Of a stretch of 62,000 nt of DNA, positions 12,722-25,953 are shown piece by piece (the first letter of the stretch is position 1; the number at the start of each line of letters is the position of its first letter). Both the position numbers and the translations under genes were made by a program. The DNA comes from Chiloscyllium plagiosum (lineage: Eukaryota): the NCBI RefSeq assembly GCF_004010195.1, contig NC_057719.1:51714920-51776919 (forward strand). The letters run 5' to 3'. The notes under the pieces were generated by a model. It worked only from the letters and a program-made list of their open reading frames with translations. It was not told the origin of the DNA and ran no database searches.

Positions 12722-12810
12722 GAAAAGTGTGGCACTGGAAAAGCACAACAGGTCGGGCAGCATCAGAGGAGCAGGAAAGTCGATGTTTCGGGCATAAGCC
12801 CTTTGTTAGA
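12722..12810 (-). mobile_element. Penelope-like terminal remnant (antisense copy)
   Basis: Reverse complement aagggcttatgcccgaaacatcgactttcctgctcc..gatgctgcccgacctgttgtgcttttccag matches 10463-10535. Confidence 0.75.
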
Positions 12811-12844
12811 CTAGTATTGTCTTTGTCTTCTCCTAATAGCCCTT

Positions 12845-13030
12845 AATCGCTTTTAAAGCTAAGTTAGATACTCATTTTTTTTAAAAAATAAAGGAATTAA
12901 GGGATCTAGTGAAAATGCGGTAAGTGGAGCTGAATTCACGAAAAGATTAGCCATGATCTTATTGAGTGGCAGAGCAGGCTTGAAGGGCCGGATGGCCTAC
13001 TGCTGCTCCTAATTCTTGTGTTCTGATGTT
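12845..13030 (+). mobile_element. CR1-clade LINE 3' tail
   Basis: aaggaattaaggga...gccatgatcttattga..ggcagagcaggcttgaagggccggatggcctactgctgctcct tail, similar to 30180-30300. Confidence 0.75.
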
Positions 13031-13902
13031 CACTTTCTTCCCTTTTCAGATAATCCAATTTCCTCCTCTAATACAGCCTGGGAAGGTGGGCAGTGCTTCC
13101 AACTACACTCTGAACCAGTCCTGCCAGCTTCCATGATTTATACTCTTGTACATTCTCATCTCTCTGCTCCTGCCCCCACTGTCGAATTGCACTCTGGCTT
13201 GTATTCTCTCTGCTTTCTTTCTATCAAAATAAATTACTTCTCTTCATTAATTATAAGCTGTCATTTGTTCTCCCATTCCAACAACTTGTCTCTGTCCTAC
13301 GAAGCTCTGTACAATTTACAATGCTTCAAATATAATCCATAAATTGTGATATTGTGCCATGTGCATCAAGAAAGGACAGAAACCCTGATACCTACCCCTC
13401 AGTACTTCCCTGTAAACCTTTCCCTATTCTGAAAACGATTTGTAACTGTATCTTATCACTCAATCAATTTCCTACCGATTTTACAACATCAAACTCTGCT
13501 GTGAACCACCTTAGCAGCACAAAATGAAAATCAACTTTTCCCTCCACTGCATCAATTTATTTATGCAGTGTTAAACGTGGATCTACACATGTTGCAAGCT
13601 AAACTGATCACTATAATTTAGTATTTTTACTCTTTTTGATTACAAATGGATTTGCAGTGTAACCACCTTGCCGTTAAAACCACAAATAAGTTTTGCCTAT
13701 GTCACAACCAGATGAAATCGCCTTTTGAATCTGAATCTGACAGCAGTGCTTTCTTTCTTCCTCCTTTAAACTGAAGCCATTAATACAATAGAAACCGAAC
13801 ATGTACTTCAACCTAGTCTTCCTGGTTTAGAGGTAGAGGCACTGCAACTGCACCACAAGAGTCCCAAGACTATCAATAACAAATTCTAATTATAGATAGA
13901 TA

Positions 13903-14302
13903 CTGTTGTGGACCAGCTATCCTTAGTAGCCACACACGCAGACAACAAGCAACATGAATTCGACTGGGACAACACTACTATCATAGGGCAAGCCAGACAG
14001 AGAACAGCCAGGGAATTCCTAGAGGCATGGCATTCATCCACAAACTCCATCAACAAACACATCGACCTGGACCCAATATACCAACCACTACAGCGGACAG
14101 CTGAAACTGACAACCGGAAGCGGCAGGGACAGACCACTATAAACACCGGCGGAAACATCAAAGAAGCGCTTCGCAGGAGGCTCCCAAACACTGATGATGT
14201 CGCCTAGCCAGGGGACGAAACGTTTGCAACAAAAACTTCCAGCTCGGCGAACAGAACCACAACAACGAGCACCCGAGCTACAAATCTTCGCACAAACTTT
14301 GA
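13903..14302 (+). mobile_element. Penelope-like element 3' fragment (C-terminal GIY-YIG endonuclease region plus hammerhead) with TSD
   Basis: Open peptide LSLVATHADNKQHEFDWDNTTIIGQARQRTAREFLEAWHSSTNSINKHIDLDPIY; flanked by direct repeat atagatagata (13892-13902 and 14303-14313). Confidence 0.85.
14188..14227 (+). ncRNA. Minimal type I hammerhead ribozyme motif in Penelope-like terminus
   Basis: ca-CUGAUGA-U-GUC.CCU(agcc)AGG.GAC-GAAA-C-GUU-ug. Core complete, stem III palindromic ACGU, stem I only 2 bp here (CA/UG). Confidence 0.7.
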
Positions 14303-15107
14303 ATAGATAGATATTTTAATCAACGAATAGGGAGATATTATGACACGCTTCTGGGAACGAACTCACTCTGGCTTCTTACGCTGACTGAGTGTCTGATTAT
14401 CAGTGGTAGGGGATAGACCATTAGAGAGCCTTATTCTTATTAAGGACTTGCCTTACATAATGAAGTATAATTTATTGGGTAATGCTATTAACAATGGACA
14501 CCACTAACATGAACTAGTTAGGTATAATTGCAAACTACCCGGAGCCAGGTTAGTCACGTCTGTCTCTATTAGAAACCACCTGAAAGATGGTTTCTCCATC
14601 CAGAGACTGTCATCAATGTGATGTAAGTTAGGGTGGAGCTAATGCAGCTTCAACTCTTTCAGAACCATTACCTTTATATAACAATCACATACAGATTCAA
14701 TTATTAACAATTGATTAATAATGTTACAAAATTATTTGGGCCAACTTAACTCAAGGATGGCAATTTTTCCTCGAGCACAGATACCATTTTTCAAGTTCTG
14801 CTGGATAACGTTTTTGATTGTGTATTCTTCAATCAATATTTAATGTGGTTATTGTGAAGCATATTGAATAGCATTTGTAATTAAAATTGGAAAGTATTCT
14901 CCTTTATAGCTAAACCATAAGCATCATTTTGCTGATTGATACTTGAAACATGATCTTGAGTTTTTAAGGTAGTATTAGAACATGCTTTGAGTTGCTTCTG
15001 AATTTTATAGCTTTAAGTTTTTAGATCACTTCATTTTAAATATTTTGTAGCATGATAAACTATTGTGCTTAGTTTCAGTAAAATCACTTCTGTTTATTAT
15101 TTTTCAG

Positions 15108-15276
15108 CTCTCCTTTTGAGTTCCAAGGAAGTTCTACGAAGTAAAAATCTGAAGGAGCTGCTGGAGGTGGTTTTAGCTTTTGGCAATTACATGAACAAGG
15201 GGCAAAGAGGCAATGCTTATGGCTTTAAACTCTCTAGTCTCAACAAAATCGCAGACACAAAGTCTAGTATTGAGAA
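15108..15276 (+). CDS. DAAM1: DAAM1 internal coding exon (FH2 core GNYMN motif)
   Basis: ttttcag| acceptor and AA|gtaaga donor; 169 nt; [56 protein letters not shown](K), containing the formin GNYMN and GFKL signatures. Confidence 0.97.
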
Positions 15277-15719
15277 GTAAGACACAAGTAACATTGCTCA
15301 TTCAAAATCAGATTGTTCGTTGCTGCTTTGACAAATTTCGAGATAGATAGTGCTCCATTACATTATCCGGATAGATTAAAATATATGTTGACATGTTGTG
15401 TTACACTTGTTGGCTACAGAAGCTGCAATAAAAGTGGATTTAAAATAGCCTTCAAGCAGCGCTTTCCAAACACACTCCCTGCTGTGCCCCCTTTTTCAAG
15501 GCTTGAAAGCTATCTCTCCCTCTGTGACCTGAAAGATCGAGGAGAGGGGGTCCAGGGTGTTGTGGAGAGAGCAAGAGTGGTATTGGAGTTCTAGGAGAGG
15601 TCAATCTGTTGATGCAGAAATCTGCTGCTATAACTGAGTTTCACAGTTGCTGCTTTGGAGCTTGAACCCAAGACTTTTAGCTTGTGGGGCCATTTTCAAA
15701 TGGGTGCTATAGATTGATC

Positions 15720-16445
15720 ATGCCAGATCTGATTGTAAACTCAAATTCTCATTCCTGCCAACACCTGATAATCTTCTAACCCTTTGCTAACAAGAATCTT
15801 ATCTACCGCTGGCTTAGCAATATTCAAGTACTCTGCTTCTACCAGATTTTTAGGAAGAGAATACCAAATACTCATGATCCTCCAAAGGGAAAACATTTTG
15901 CCAAATCTGAAACATCCTCTCCTATCAAGTCACCTCTTACATTCTCTGGAGTTTAGAAGAGTAAGCCTAGCCTGGCCAAATTTCCATAAGATATAGGAGC
16001 AGAATTATGTGATTTGGCCCATTAAGTCTTTACTCACAACCTTCCCATTTTAGGTATAGTCAGGTAACCACCCCTACACTGCCTCTAATACATTTGCATC
16101 TTTCCTTAAATAAGGTGACCAGTACTGTGTCCAATGCTTCAGATGTAGTCTCACCTTTAAGTGAAGCGCAAGCTCCCTCCTTTTTAATTAAACTATTTTT
16201 GACGAATGATAACATTCTGTTTGCTTTCTTATTTATTTGCTGGAGTTGTATACTAACACTTTATGATTCATGAATGAGGACATCAGATCCCTCCACATCT
16301 CAGTTCTGCAAACTCTCACCATTTAGATAACTTGCTTCTTTTATTCTCCCTGCCAAAATGGGCAGTTTCACATTTTCCCATATTATATCCATTTGCCACA
16401 TGGTTGTCCACTGACTTAACCTCGTGTCCTCTGCAGCTTGTTTTG
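15720..16445 (-). mobile_element. CR1-clade LINE fragments, degraded
   Basis: Antisense CR1 3' tail and RT pieces (ggtgaccagtactgt, tttcacattttcccatatt..ccatttgcca). Confidence 0.7.
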
Positions 16446-16451
16446 CTTCAT

Positions 16452-16735
16452 ATTGGGGAATTGAAAACTAGAGAGCATAGGTTTAAGGTGAGAGAGGAAA
16501 GATTTAAGAAGGACCTGAGGGACAACTTCTTCGCACAGTGTGCATATATACAACGGGCTGCCAGAGAAAGTGGTTACAATAGCAACATTTAAAAAGACAT
16601 TTGGATAGGTACGTGGCTGGCAAGGGTTCAGAGGGATATGGACCAAATATGGGCAGTTGGAACTAGCTGTGTGGGCAACATGGACCAGTTTGGGGCAGAA
16701 GGGCCTGTTTCCATACTGTATTACTCTGACTATCT
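16452..16735 (+). mobile_element. HER1-like CR1 3' end
   Basis: GELKTREHRFKVREERFKKDLRDNFF; tail gaagggcctgtttccatactgtattactct. Confidence 0.85.
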
Positions 16736-17279
16736 ATCTTTGTTCAGTCAGCGAATTTGCCAACCATTTTTTTTTTTTGTCCCATCATCTGAAATAATTT
16801 GTATAAATTGTAAGAAGTTGACATTGCAGCATTATTCCCTGTGACATGCCACAAGTTGCATCTTGCCAACTTGAAAAGACCATTTATATCTACTTCAGCC
16901 AATCACTTTTGTATTCATGCCAATATGCTACCTCCTACACCAAAAGCTTTTATTTTCTGCCATTGTCTTTGAGGGACCTTATCAAATGTTCTCCAGAAAT
17001 CAAAGGAAAATGATTTAGCTTTAAATTACATCAGAAGGAAGTACCCCATTTGTTTGAAACACTTGCTCATTGGTAAATACAGCAGAGGAATTAGTTGTGT
17101 TTGAAACAATTTTAACAATTTACTTCATCCAAGTTGAGAAGAATTAGAAAGAATTTTAGCCATGTGTGACTGCAGATTCCAAATAGTTTGTAAGAGTCTC
17201 CCTTTGATTCTGTAGATTTTTTTTTCTGCTTTGTGGTTTTGAATGCTTAAAATAATTAACATTGTTATTCTTTTCAAAG

Positions 17280-17387
17280 GAGCATTACCCTTTTGCACTA
17301 TTTGATTACAATTTTGGAGAAGAAATACCCAAAGGTGGTGAACATACATGATGACTTGCAGAACATCCCTGATGCAGCCAAAGTAAA
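17280..17387 (+). CDS. DAAM1: DAAM1 internal coding exon (FH2)
   Basis: ttttcaaag| acceptor and AA|gtaagt donor; 108 nt; SITLLHYLITILEKKYPKVVNIHDDLQNIPDAAKV(N). Not in the ORF track; translated by hand. Confidence 0.95.
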
Positions 17388-18424
17388 GTAAGTTTTTTTT
17401 CTGAGATGTGTGGCTGCATGATTAGAGATCTTTATTTAATACCTTTTTTTTGTAAAAACAAAATACTTAACAAAATTCAGTAATGGTTGAGCCATCATGT
17501 ACTTGTTAAGTTTAGGGAATGGGTATTTGTGTAACACTGAATTATAGGTGTTGTTTTTCTCCTTCATATATCAGGCTGTCAATATAATAAATTGTGCCCT
17601 TGAAGTGCTAGTGACAGCACGGCATCAGTTTTGCTCTGTTATTCATTCTTGTTGCTTCAAAGATATATGTTGTGAATGACATTATTTTCATTCTAAAGTG
17701 TCAACTCAGATAATATTCATCTGAAATATTAAAGTGTCTCATTTATATTAGTGAAAACACATTGCCTGCTTTTCTGTATTTTTGACTTCGTTATGACAAT
17801 GTGCCTCTTTTTGAAAGATAAAAGGCCGAAAGCAATGTATTTTTCTTAATTCTTGGGGGTATGGTCACACTGGCAAAATTACCATCTATTGCCTATCTCT
17901 AGTTTCCCTTGAAAATGTAATGATAAGCTGCTGCCTTGAAGTACTGCTGTCCACATGGTGAAGGTGCTTCAGTGGCGGTCAGTGGTATCTGTAGAGCTCA
18001 ACATTTTGACCCATTTTAGGATGATTCACAGCTTGGAGGGAAACTATTAGATGGTGATGTTTTTGTAGACCTGCCATCATCTTTCTAGCTGGGAGAGGCT
18101 ATGACTTTGATAACACTGATGGAGTAATGTGGAGTGGGGTTAACATAAAGAATCAATGCTTGTGTCTTAGGGCAAATAACTTTGCCTAACTTCATAAATG
18201 ATGAATGAAACTACAACTCAAATGATTGGATTGCTGAAGCATTGTGAGTTCTTCACTGTTTTAAAGCTGATTTCCATTCCAAAAATGTCTGACAAAATAA
18301 TACTCGCTAAACTTGGGAAGCGGGTGTTTGCTTTTAACTTAAAATGGGATTTAGTTTTAATTATTGAGAAGATGTTCTCTAAAATATATTCACTGATCAG
18401 CGATGTGATTGATTTTTTTTGTAG

Positions 18425-18485
18425 TTTGATTGAGCTGGAAAAAGAATTCAGTAGTCTCAGAAATGGTCTGAAGGCCGTTGAGAAT
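18425..18485 (+). CDS. DAAM1: DAAM1 internal coding exon (FH2)
   Basis: T-tract-gtag| acceptor and AAT|gtaagt donor; 61 nt; LIELEKEFSSLRNGLKAVEN. Confidence 0.95.
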
Positions 18486-20065
18486 GTAAGTATTCCCAAC
18501 ACATTTTTTTCCTCCTTTTGTTCATTGTTGGATTGTTTTTTCTATTATATATTCAAAGGAAATCAGGGTGGAAAGCTGTGATGGTCATTTGTGTTATGCC
18601 ATTTCCCTTAACATCAGACATACTTCCTTCCTCACTACTCTACAAATATGCCTATTCCTTCCTGTATTGTGTACTTTTATTTGTACCAGAGCAGCTTGAT
18701 TTTTCTGTTAAATGTACATTTTGAGTTTGTTAGTTAACTCAACACTTGTAAGAAATATTAGTGCAATAGTTGTTCTAAGACTTCAAGGTAACCAGGCGTC
18801 TTAGATTCACCTTTCAGTTACAGGACACACACTGGCCAACTGTGATTCTTTTCTTTTGTCTTAAATTTAGCTTTCCTGTATAATTCTATTGTACAGGCAT
18901 TTAAAAGGTAGGAAGCCAGATGCACAGGAAAACCTAGTAGGATTATTTTTAGGAGTGGCTTATCCTTCTGTTTTCTTGAACTATCTTTTAAAATATCATT
19001 AATTCTAATATGATAAACCATCTGATTGTGTTGAGAGACGTTAGAATTATTTAGCATTTGCAAATTATTAAATCATTGCTATTTTAGTGAATCTAGTAGG
19101 TATTGTGTTGTGACAAAGGAATCTGAATATAACTTGAGATCCAAAAAATGAACCATTTACAATTTGCATTTAGTCGTGGTATTTGTAAAAGGATTTTTGA
19201 CTTTCAAGTTACTAAAATAAGGTCAATGTCAATTATGTTGAAAATTGTCTCTGCAAAAGTGGAAATTAGCACATGTTAAGATAGGAGACATTTTAGTAAT
19301 GAGCTTTGCTGTGATCTTTCATTCTTCATGCTTTGAAGGAGGGTGGGAGAGTACCTCACAGAAACTGGTAAATAGGAAATATTTTGTGCTGTGTTTATAT
19401 TGTGCAAGTTTTAGCAGAGATTTTGAAAATTGTCAATGACACTGATCTCTTGTTTCTCACTCTTAATGTATTCTTAAAACGATTGTACTAAACAAAAATC
19501 ACTTTCCTAGGGCAACAATATAATAAGGGTGAATCATATTCCTGTCCTGTAATTCGCTGTCTTGAGTCCAGCTGGTTCACAAATCCATTTACTGGGACTC
19601 TTAATTACTTTTTTTCACTTGTCTCTCCCTGCACCCTGCTGCCTCTCCTGCTCACTGCTTCCTTTGTCTGATTCTCCTGTTCACAACTTCCTGCCATGCC
19701 ACGCACCCCACTCCCCCTCACTCCAGCGTCTCTGCCAAGCCCTTGCTCATAGACGGGAGGGAGAACGCAAACAGGAAGCAACAGGTGTCTGGGCGAGGAA
19801 AGTGCTTTTTTTTTAAGAGCAAGTCTATATGGTAATCACACTTAAATGAAAATGGAGGCAGTACTAATTTGTTAAATGTTCCTAATTTACAATGTGCTAC
19901 CATCAAAATGTGCTGTTAGATGTGTTTTAAAAGAAGTGGGTGGGGGAGAGTGCGTGTGGGAAGGTACCCATGTAATCATTTTGATAAAACTGCTTCACTC
20001 CTCAAGCTAGAAAGAGCAGGTAAAAACTTGCTGCTGCCAGTGAATCTACTCACTCACTTCTTAAA

Positions 20066-23000
20066 CTCATAGAAATGTACAACACAGAAACAGACCCTTT
20101 GGTTCAACTCGTCCATGCCGACCAGATATCCCAACCCAATCTAGTCCCACCTGCTAGCACCCGGCCCATATCCCTCCAAACCCTTCCTGTTCATATACGC
20201 ATCCAAGTGCCTCTTAAATGTTGTAATTGTACTAGCCTCCACCACATCCTCTGGCAGCTCATTTTGCACACGCATCACCCTCTGCGTGAAAAAGTTGCCC
20301 CTCAGGCCTCTCTTATATCTTTTCCCCCTCACCCTAAATCTATGCCCTCTAGTTCTGGACTCCCCCACCCCAGGGAAACTATTTACCCGATCCATGCCCC
20401 TCATGATTTTATAATCTACTGTAAGGTCACCCCTCAGCCTCCCAATGCTCCAGGGAAAACAGCCCCAGCCCATTCAGATCTCCCTCTCGCTCAAATCCTC
20501 CAACCCTGGCAAAGTCCTTGTAAATCTTCTCTGAACCCTTTTGGGTTCCACAACATCCATCTGTTCAGAAGGAGACCAGAATTGCACACACTATTCCAAA
20601 AGTAACCTAACCAATGTCCTTTACAACCTCAACATGACCTCCCAATTCCTGTACTCAATACTCTGACCAATAAAGAAAAGCATACCAAACGCCACCTTCA
20701 CTATCATATGTGACTCTATTTTCAAGGAGCTATGAACCTGCACTGCAAGGTCTCTTTGTTCAGCAACACTTCGTAAGACCTTACCATTCAGTGTATAAGT
20801 CCTGCTCTAATTTGCTTTTCCAAAATGCAGCACCTCACATTTATCTAAGTTAAACTTCATCTGACACTGCTCAGCCCATTGGCTCATCTGATCAAGATCC
20901 TGTTGTAATCGGACGTAATCTTCGCTGTCCACTACACCTCCAATTTTGGTGTCATCTGCAAACTTACTAACTATTCCTCTTATGCTGACATCCAAATCAT
21001 TCATATTAATATTGAAAAGTAGTGAACCCAGCACCGATTCTTGTGGCACTCCACTGGTCACAGGCCCTCCTCCACCACCCTCTGTTTTCTACCTTCGAGC
21101 CAGTTCTGTATCCAAATTGCTTGCTCTTCCAATATTCCATGAGATCTAACCTTGCTAACTGGTCTCCCATGGGGAACCTTGTCGAATGCCTTACTGAAGT
21201 CCGTATAGATCACATCTACTGCTCTGCCCAATCCTCTTTGTTACTTCAAAAAACTCAATCAAGTTTGTGAGACATGATTTCCCACACACAAAGCCATGTT
21301 GCCTATCCCTAATCAGTCCTTACCTTTCCAAATACATCCTGTCCCTCAGGATTCCCTCCAACTTGCCCACCACCGACGTCAGGCTCATTGGTCTATAGTT
21401 CCCTGGCTTGTTCTTACCACCTTTCTTAAATAGTGACACCACATTTGCCAACCTCCAGTCTTCTGGCCCCTCTCATGTGACTATTGATGGTACAAATATC
21501 TGAGCAAGAAGCCCAGCAATCACTTCCCTAGCTTCCCACAGAGTTCTAGGGTATACCTACGGATTTATCCATTTTTATGCCTTTCAAGACATCTAGCACT
21601 TCCTCCTCTGTAATATGGACATTTTTCAAGATGTCGCCATCTATTTCCATACTTTCTATATCTTCCATGTCCTTTTCCACAGTAAACACTGATGCAAAAT
21701 ACTCGTATAGTGTCTCACCCATTTCCTGCGGCTCCACACAAAGGCCACCTTGCTGATCTTTGAGGGGCCCTATTCTCTCCCTAGTTAACCTTTAGTCTTT
21801 AATGTATTTGTAAAGACCCTTTGGATTTTCCTTAACTCTATTTGCCAAAGCTATCTCATGTCCCCTTTTTGCCCTCCTGATTTCCCTCAAGTATACTCCT
21901 ACTGCCTTCATACTCTAAGGATTCACTCGATCTAGCCTTCTATACCTGACATATGCTTCCTTCCTTTTCTGAACCAAACCCTCAATTTCTTTAGCATCCA
22001 GCATTCCCTATACCTATCAGCCTTTCCTTTCACCCTAACTGGAAATTACTGACTCTGGACTCTCATTTCTGAAGGCTTCCCATTTTCCATCCATCTCTTT
22101 ACCTGTGAACATCTGCCCCCAGTTAGCTTTTGAAAGTTCTTGCTTGCTACCGTCAAATTGGCCTTTCTCCAACTTAGACCAGATCTAAAAGTTGAAGTTC
22201 TATCCTTTTCCATCACTATTTAAAACTAATAGAATTATGGTTGCTGGCCCCAGAATGTTCCCCCACTGACACCTTGGTAACCTTCCCTGCCTTATTTCCC
22301 AAGAGTAGGTCAGGTTTTGCACCTTCTCCAGTAGGTACATCTACATACTGAATCAGAAAATGTTCTTGTACACACTTAACAAATTCCTCTCCATCTAAAC
22401 TCTTAACACTATGGCAGTCCCAGACTATGTTTGGAAAGTTAAAATCCCCTATCATAACCACCCTATTATTCTTACAGATAACTGAAATCTCATTACAAAA
22501 TTTGTTTCTCAATTTCCCTCTGACTATTAGGGGGTCTGTAATACAATCCCAATAATGTGATCATCCCTTTCTTATCTCTCAGTCCACTCAAATAACTTCC
22601 CTGGATGTATTTTGGGAATATACACCTCAGTACAGCTGTAATGCTATCCCTTATCAAAAATGCCACCCCCTCCTCTCTTGACTCCCTTTCTGTCCTTCCT
22701 ATAGCATTTGTATCCTGGAACATTAAGTTACCAGTCCTGCCCATCCCTGAGCCATGTTTCTGTAATTGCTATGAAAACCCAGAGCTATGTTCCTAACCAT
22801 GCCCTGAGTTCATCTGCCTTCCCTGTTAGGCCCCTTGCATTGAAATAAATGCAGTTTAATTTATCAGTCCTGCCTTGTTCTCTGCTTTGTCCCTGCCTGC
22901 CCTGACTTTTTGACTTGTTTCTTCTCTCAACTCTACCAATCTCGGATTGATCTCTTTTCTCACTATCTCTCTGGGTCCCCCCTCTCCACCTTTACTAGTT

Positions 23001-23105
23001 TAAATCCTCCCGAGCAGCTCGTGCAAATCTCCCTGCCAGTATATTAGTCCCCTTCTGATTCAGGTGCAATCATCCTTCTTGTACAAGTCACTTCTACCCA
23101 ATCCA
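20066..23105 (-). mobile_element. HER1-like CR1 LINE of about 3 kb: ORF1 tail, degraded ORF2 (APE plus RT), 3' tail
   Basis: Minus-strand peptides NCIYFNARGLTGKADEL, ITLLGLYYRPPNS, VVMIGDFNFPNIVW, TSGVPQESVLGSLLF, SKFADDTKIGG and LRGDLTVDYKIMRG; many frameshifts. Confidence 0.95.
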
Positions 23106-23265
23106 CCTGATTCTTTCAGTCCCCTCCATACCCTGCAACAAAACTCCTCTGCCCTGGATATCACCTTTGGAAGAGTTTTATAATCATTGTGTTGCAAACT
23201 GTTAAGATGGCAAAAATGCTTATTAAGTGATTATTAGAAAAGTGGTTCACTGCATTTTTTTGTAG

Positions 23266-23397
23266 GAGCTGGAATACCAAAAATCACAACCTGCACAGTC
23301 TGGTGACAAGTTTGTCTCTGTGGTGAGTCAGTTTATCACTGTTGCAAGCTTCAGCTTCTCTGATGTGGAAGATCTGCTGTCGGAAGCTAAAGATCTG
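23266..23397 (+). CDS. DAAM1: DAAM1 internal coding exon (FH2)
   Basis: ttttgtag| acceptor and CTG|gtaaat donor; 132 nt; [44 protein letters not shown]. Confidence 0.96.
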
Positions 23398-25515
23398 GTA
23401 AATAATATGCAGTTTTTACTTTTCTTTGCATTTGTACCCCTTTTAACCCAATACATTTTAAGTTTACTGACACTTAGACCTCCCTATAACCATGAATCCC
23501 TCTCTCTTTTTTTCTGGTTTCCTTTTCCTACACCTTTCAGTCAGTCCATGCCACGGACTCACTATTTTTCAACATCCTGTTCTTGGGTTACTAATCTTGC
23601 TGTTCTGACACAACTGAAGGGAAAGATTTGTGGCTTCTTAACTGGGAATAAACTGCTCAGTACTCAGCTCCACATGAAGGCTGACTGAGGTTGCCAAAAA
23701 TGAAGCAGGGTTTCAGATGTACTTTCTTCCACTCTGGTGTCATTCTGCCCTCACATGGGGCAACACTGTTACCATTACAGGTAGTTTGTTTTAGAATTAT
23801 AGAACTAGAGCCACATATTTGCTGAAAGCGTCAGTATAAATAGAATAATTCATTTACAATTTTCATATCGTTACAATAATTAAAATTGCTATTTCTGGGT
23901 AAATAACGTAGTGCTTACTCTGGAGAACAATTGGATACATCAGAATAAGATTCTGTGGCCGTAATGAAACTGCAAAACAAATGCTTATAGCTCAAGTTGA
24001 AAAATGACTTATTAAATGAGTAAGCCTTAATGAAAACAGAACTAATTCAAAATGATAACATTTAACTGCTTGAGCCCTGAGCATAGCACTTTAATTCCAG
24101 TTGACAAATAGCATATTTTTGGTCTCTGCTGCAAAACACACTGTTTACTGTCATTATAATTCAATGACAATAATATGTTTTTGTGTTTTATTTTAAATAT
24201 TTAGTTGTGCTGTACCCTTTGTAAATCTGGACTGTCTGTTTGCATGCAAACCTTACTTTCGGAAGTGAAAATCTTCTGCTCTTCAATTTGGGGTCCTGTT
24301 ATCATTATTATCTAAACACAAGTGTGCCTAACATTGGCCATGTAGAAATTAGCTCAGTAATGAATATATTCTTGACCACCTGATGTTCTTGAGACTTTCT
24401 GTGGTTACACATCCTTTATTTGAATGCTGAGCTACATGCCTGGTTCCTGTATTTAATAAAATGAATATGTTTGCCTCAGGACTATAAAGAAAAGTATACA
24501 GATGGTACTAATAGTGAAACTGTATGATAAGAGGGGAATAACTACATCAAAGCAACTTCATAAATTAATGTTTTACTAATAAAATGTTTTGTAAAGTTTT
24601 ATGATCTGAAATGAAATTCTGAGCACTACGATGTGTACTGCTCTTTTTTTTTTTACTGCAGCATTTACTAGAACTAATTAAATGAAGACCAGGGATGAGG
24701 TTGAACACAAGATTGAGTGGTGAGGGATAGGGGCCGTCACAAATCTGGAAGAAAAAAAACTAACCTAACAAGATTGCATGTCTTTAATGTGCAAATCCTA
24801 TTGTAGTGATTCTATACGTGATGTGCAACTGTTGCTTAATATTAGACTCTGGTATAACTAGAGCTTTGCTGGAAAAGTACAATCGAAAATGGACATGAAA
24901 TGTACTAGTTTTGGATTTGGGAGACAAAGTGACACCAGATACTGAAATGGGCTGCAGATTTCTGTCATGATTTATGGTCACCAGCAAGGCATTATGCATT
25001 ATGGGGCAATTCCCAGAAAAGGTAGAAACTTGGAAACACATCCTTGAACAAAAAATCAGTAGCATTGAATGACATTTGCTCCTAGTGCGAAGAAGGATTA
25101 TTAACCCACATTAGGAATGAAAATGAAAGAATTTTCAATGTATCAAAAATGATTGTCAAATATTAGTCTGAAGGAACGATCCATAACATGTGCAATTTAT
25201 CCAATTGTTTTGTTCTAAGTGTCTTGATCAAAAATAGTCACATCCTGTGTTAGCAACTGGGACTTGGTAAAATTTACATCAGACTGTAGCTTGCCTATTT
25301 TAAGCAAAAATCCATGTGAATAATATAAAGATTTATTGTTTTTTCATCATCTGTTGAATTTTCTGAACATGCAATAAACATGTACTATATTGCTTAACCA
25401 GTTTTAGCCATTGAAAAGCAATGTTCTTCAGTATCATAAATGTGATTTGTATTTACATATTGATCTCTCTGTAAATTTCTTCTGTTTTCCTACCCCGTCA
25501 TTGTGTTCCTCCCAG

Positions 25516-25686
25516 TTTAATAAAGCTGTAAAGCACTTTGGAGAAGAAACTGGCAAAATACAGCCTGATGAATTCTTTGGAATTTTTGATCAATTCCTCC
25601 AAGCTTTTGCAGAGGCCAAACAGGAAAATGAGAACATGAGGAGGAGAAAGGAGGAGGAAGAACGAAGGGCAAAAATGGAGGCACAG
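25516..25686 (+). CDS. DAAM1: DAAM1 penultimate coding exon (end of FH2, coiled coil)
   Basis: cctcccag| acceptor and CAG|gttcga donor; 171 nt; [57 protein letters not shown]. Confidence 0.96.
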
Positions 25687-25953
25687 GTTCGATGAAATGT
25701 ATTTCTCATAGCCACAGGCATTTTTGTTGTTGTTTTACATTTTCTTGTAACAAATTCTCAAATGATATGACATTTTCTGGAAAATTGGAATTTTGTTTTT
25801 GTATCTGGAAAAAAAGTAGCACAAGTAAATGTGTTACTTGAAGTTTCATGTCTGTATTTGTATAAACTATTTGAATTGACTTAGTCCATTATGCTTGACC
25901 TCTAATATCCTATGTCATAGTCATACACTGTTATATTGCCTTTGATAATTTAC

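Noticed and set aside
19560..19970. Pyrimidine-rich, GC-elevated patch with ETS-like, E-box and GC-box motifs as an intronic enhancer
   Set aside because: Short motifs occur by chance; cannot be supported without conservation or chromatin data.
20075..20605. 176-aa plus-strand ORF and similar ORFs over LINEs
   Set aside because: Antisense or shifted frames of degraded CR1 ORF2; not independent genes.
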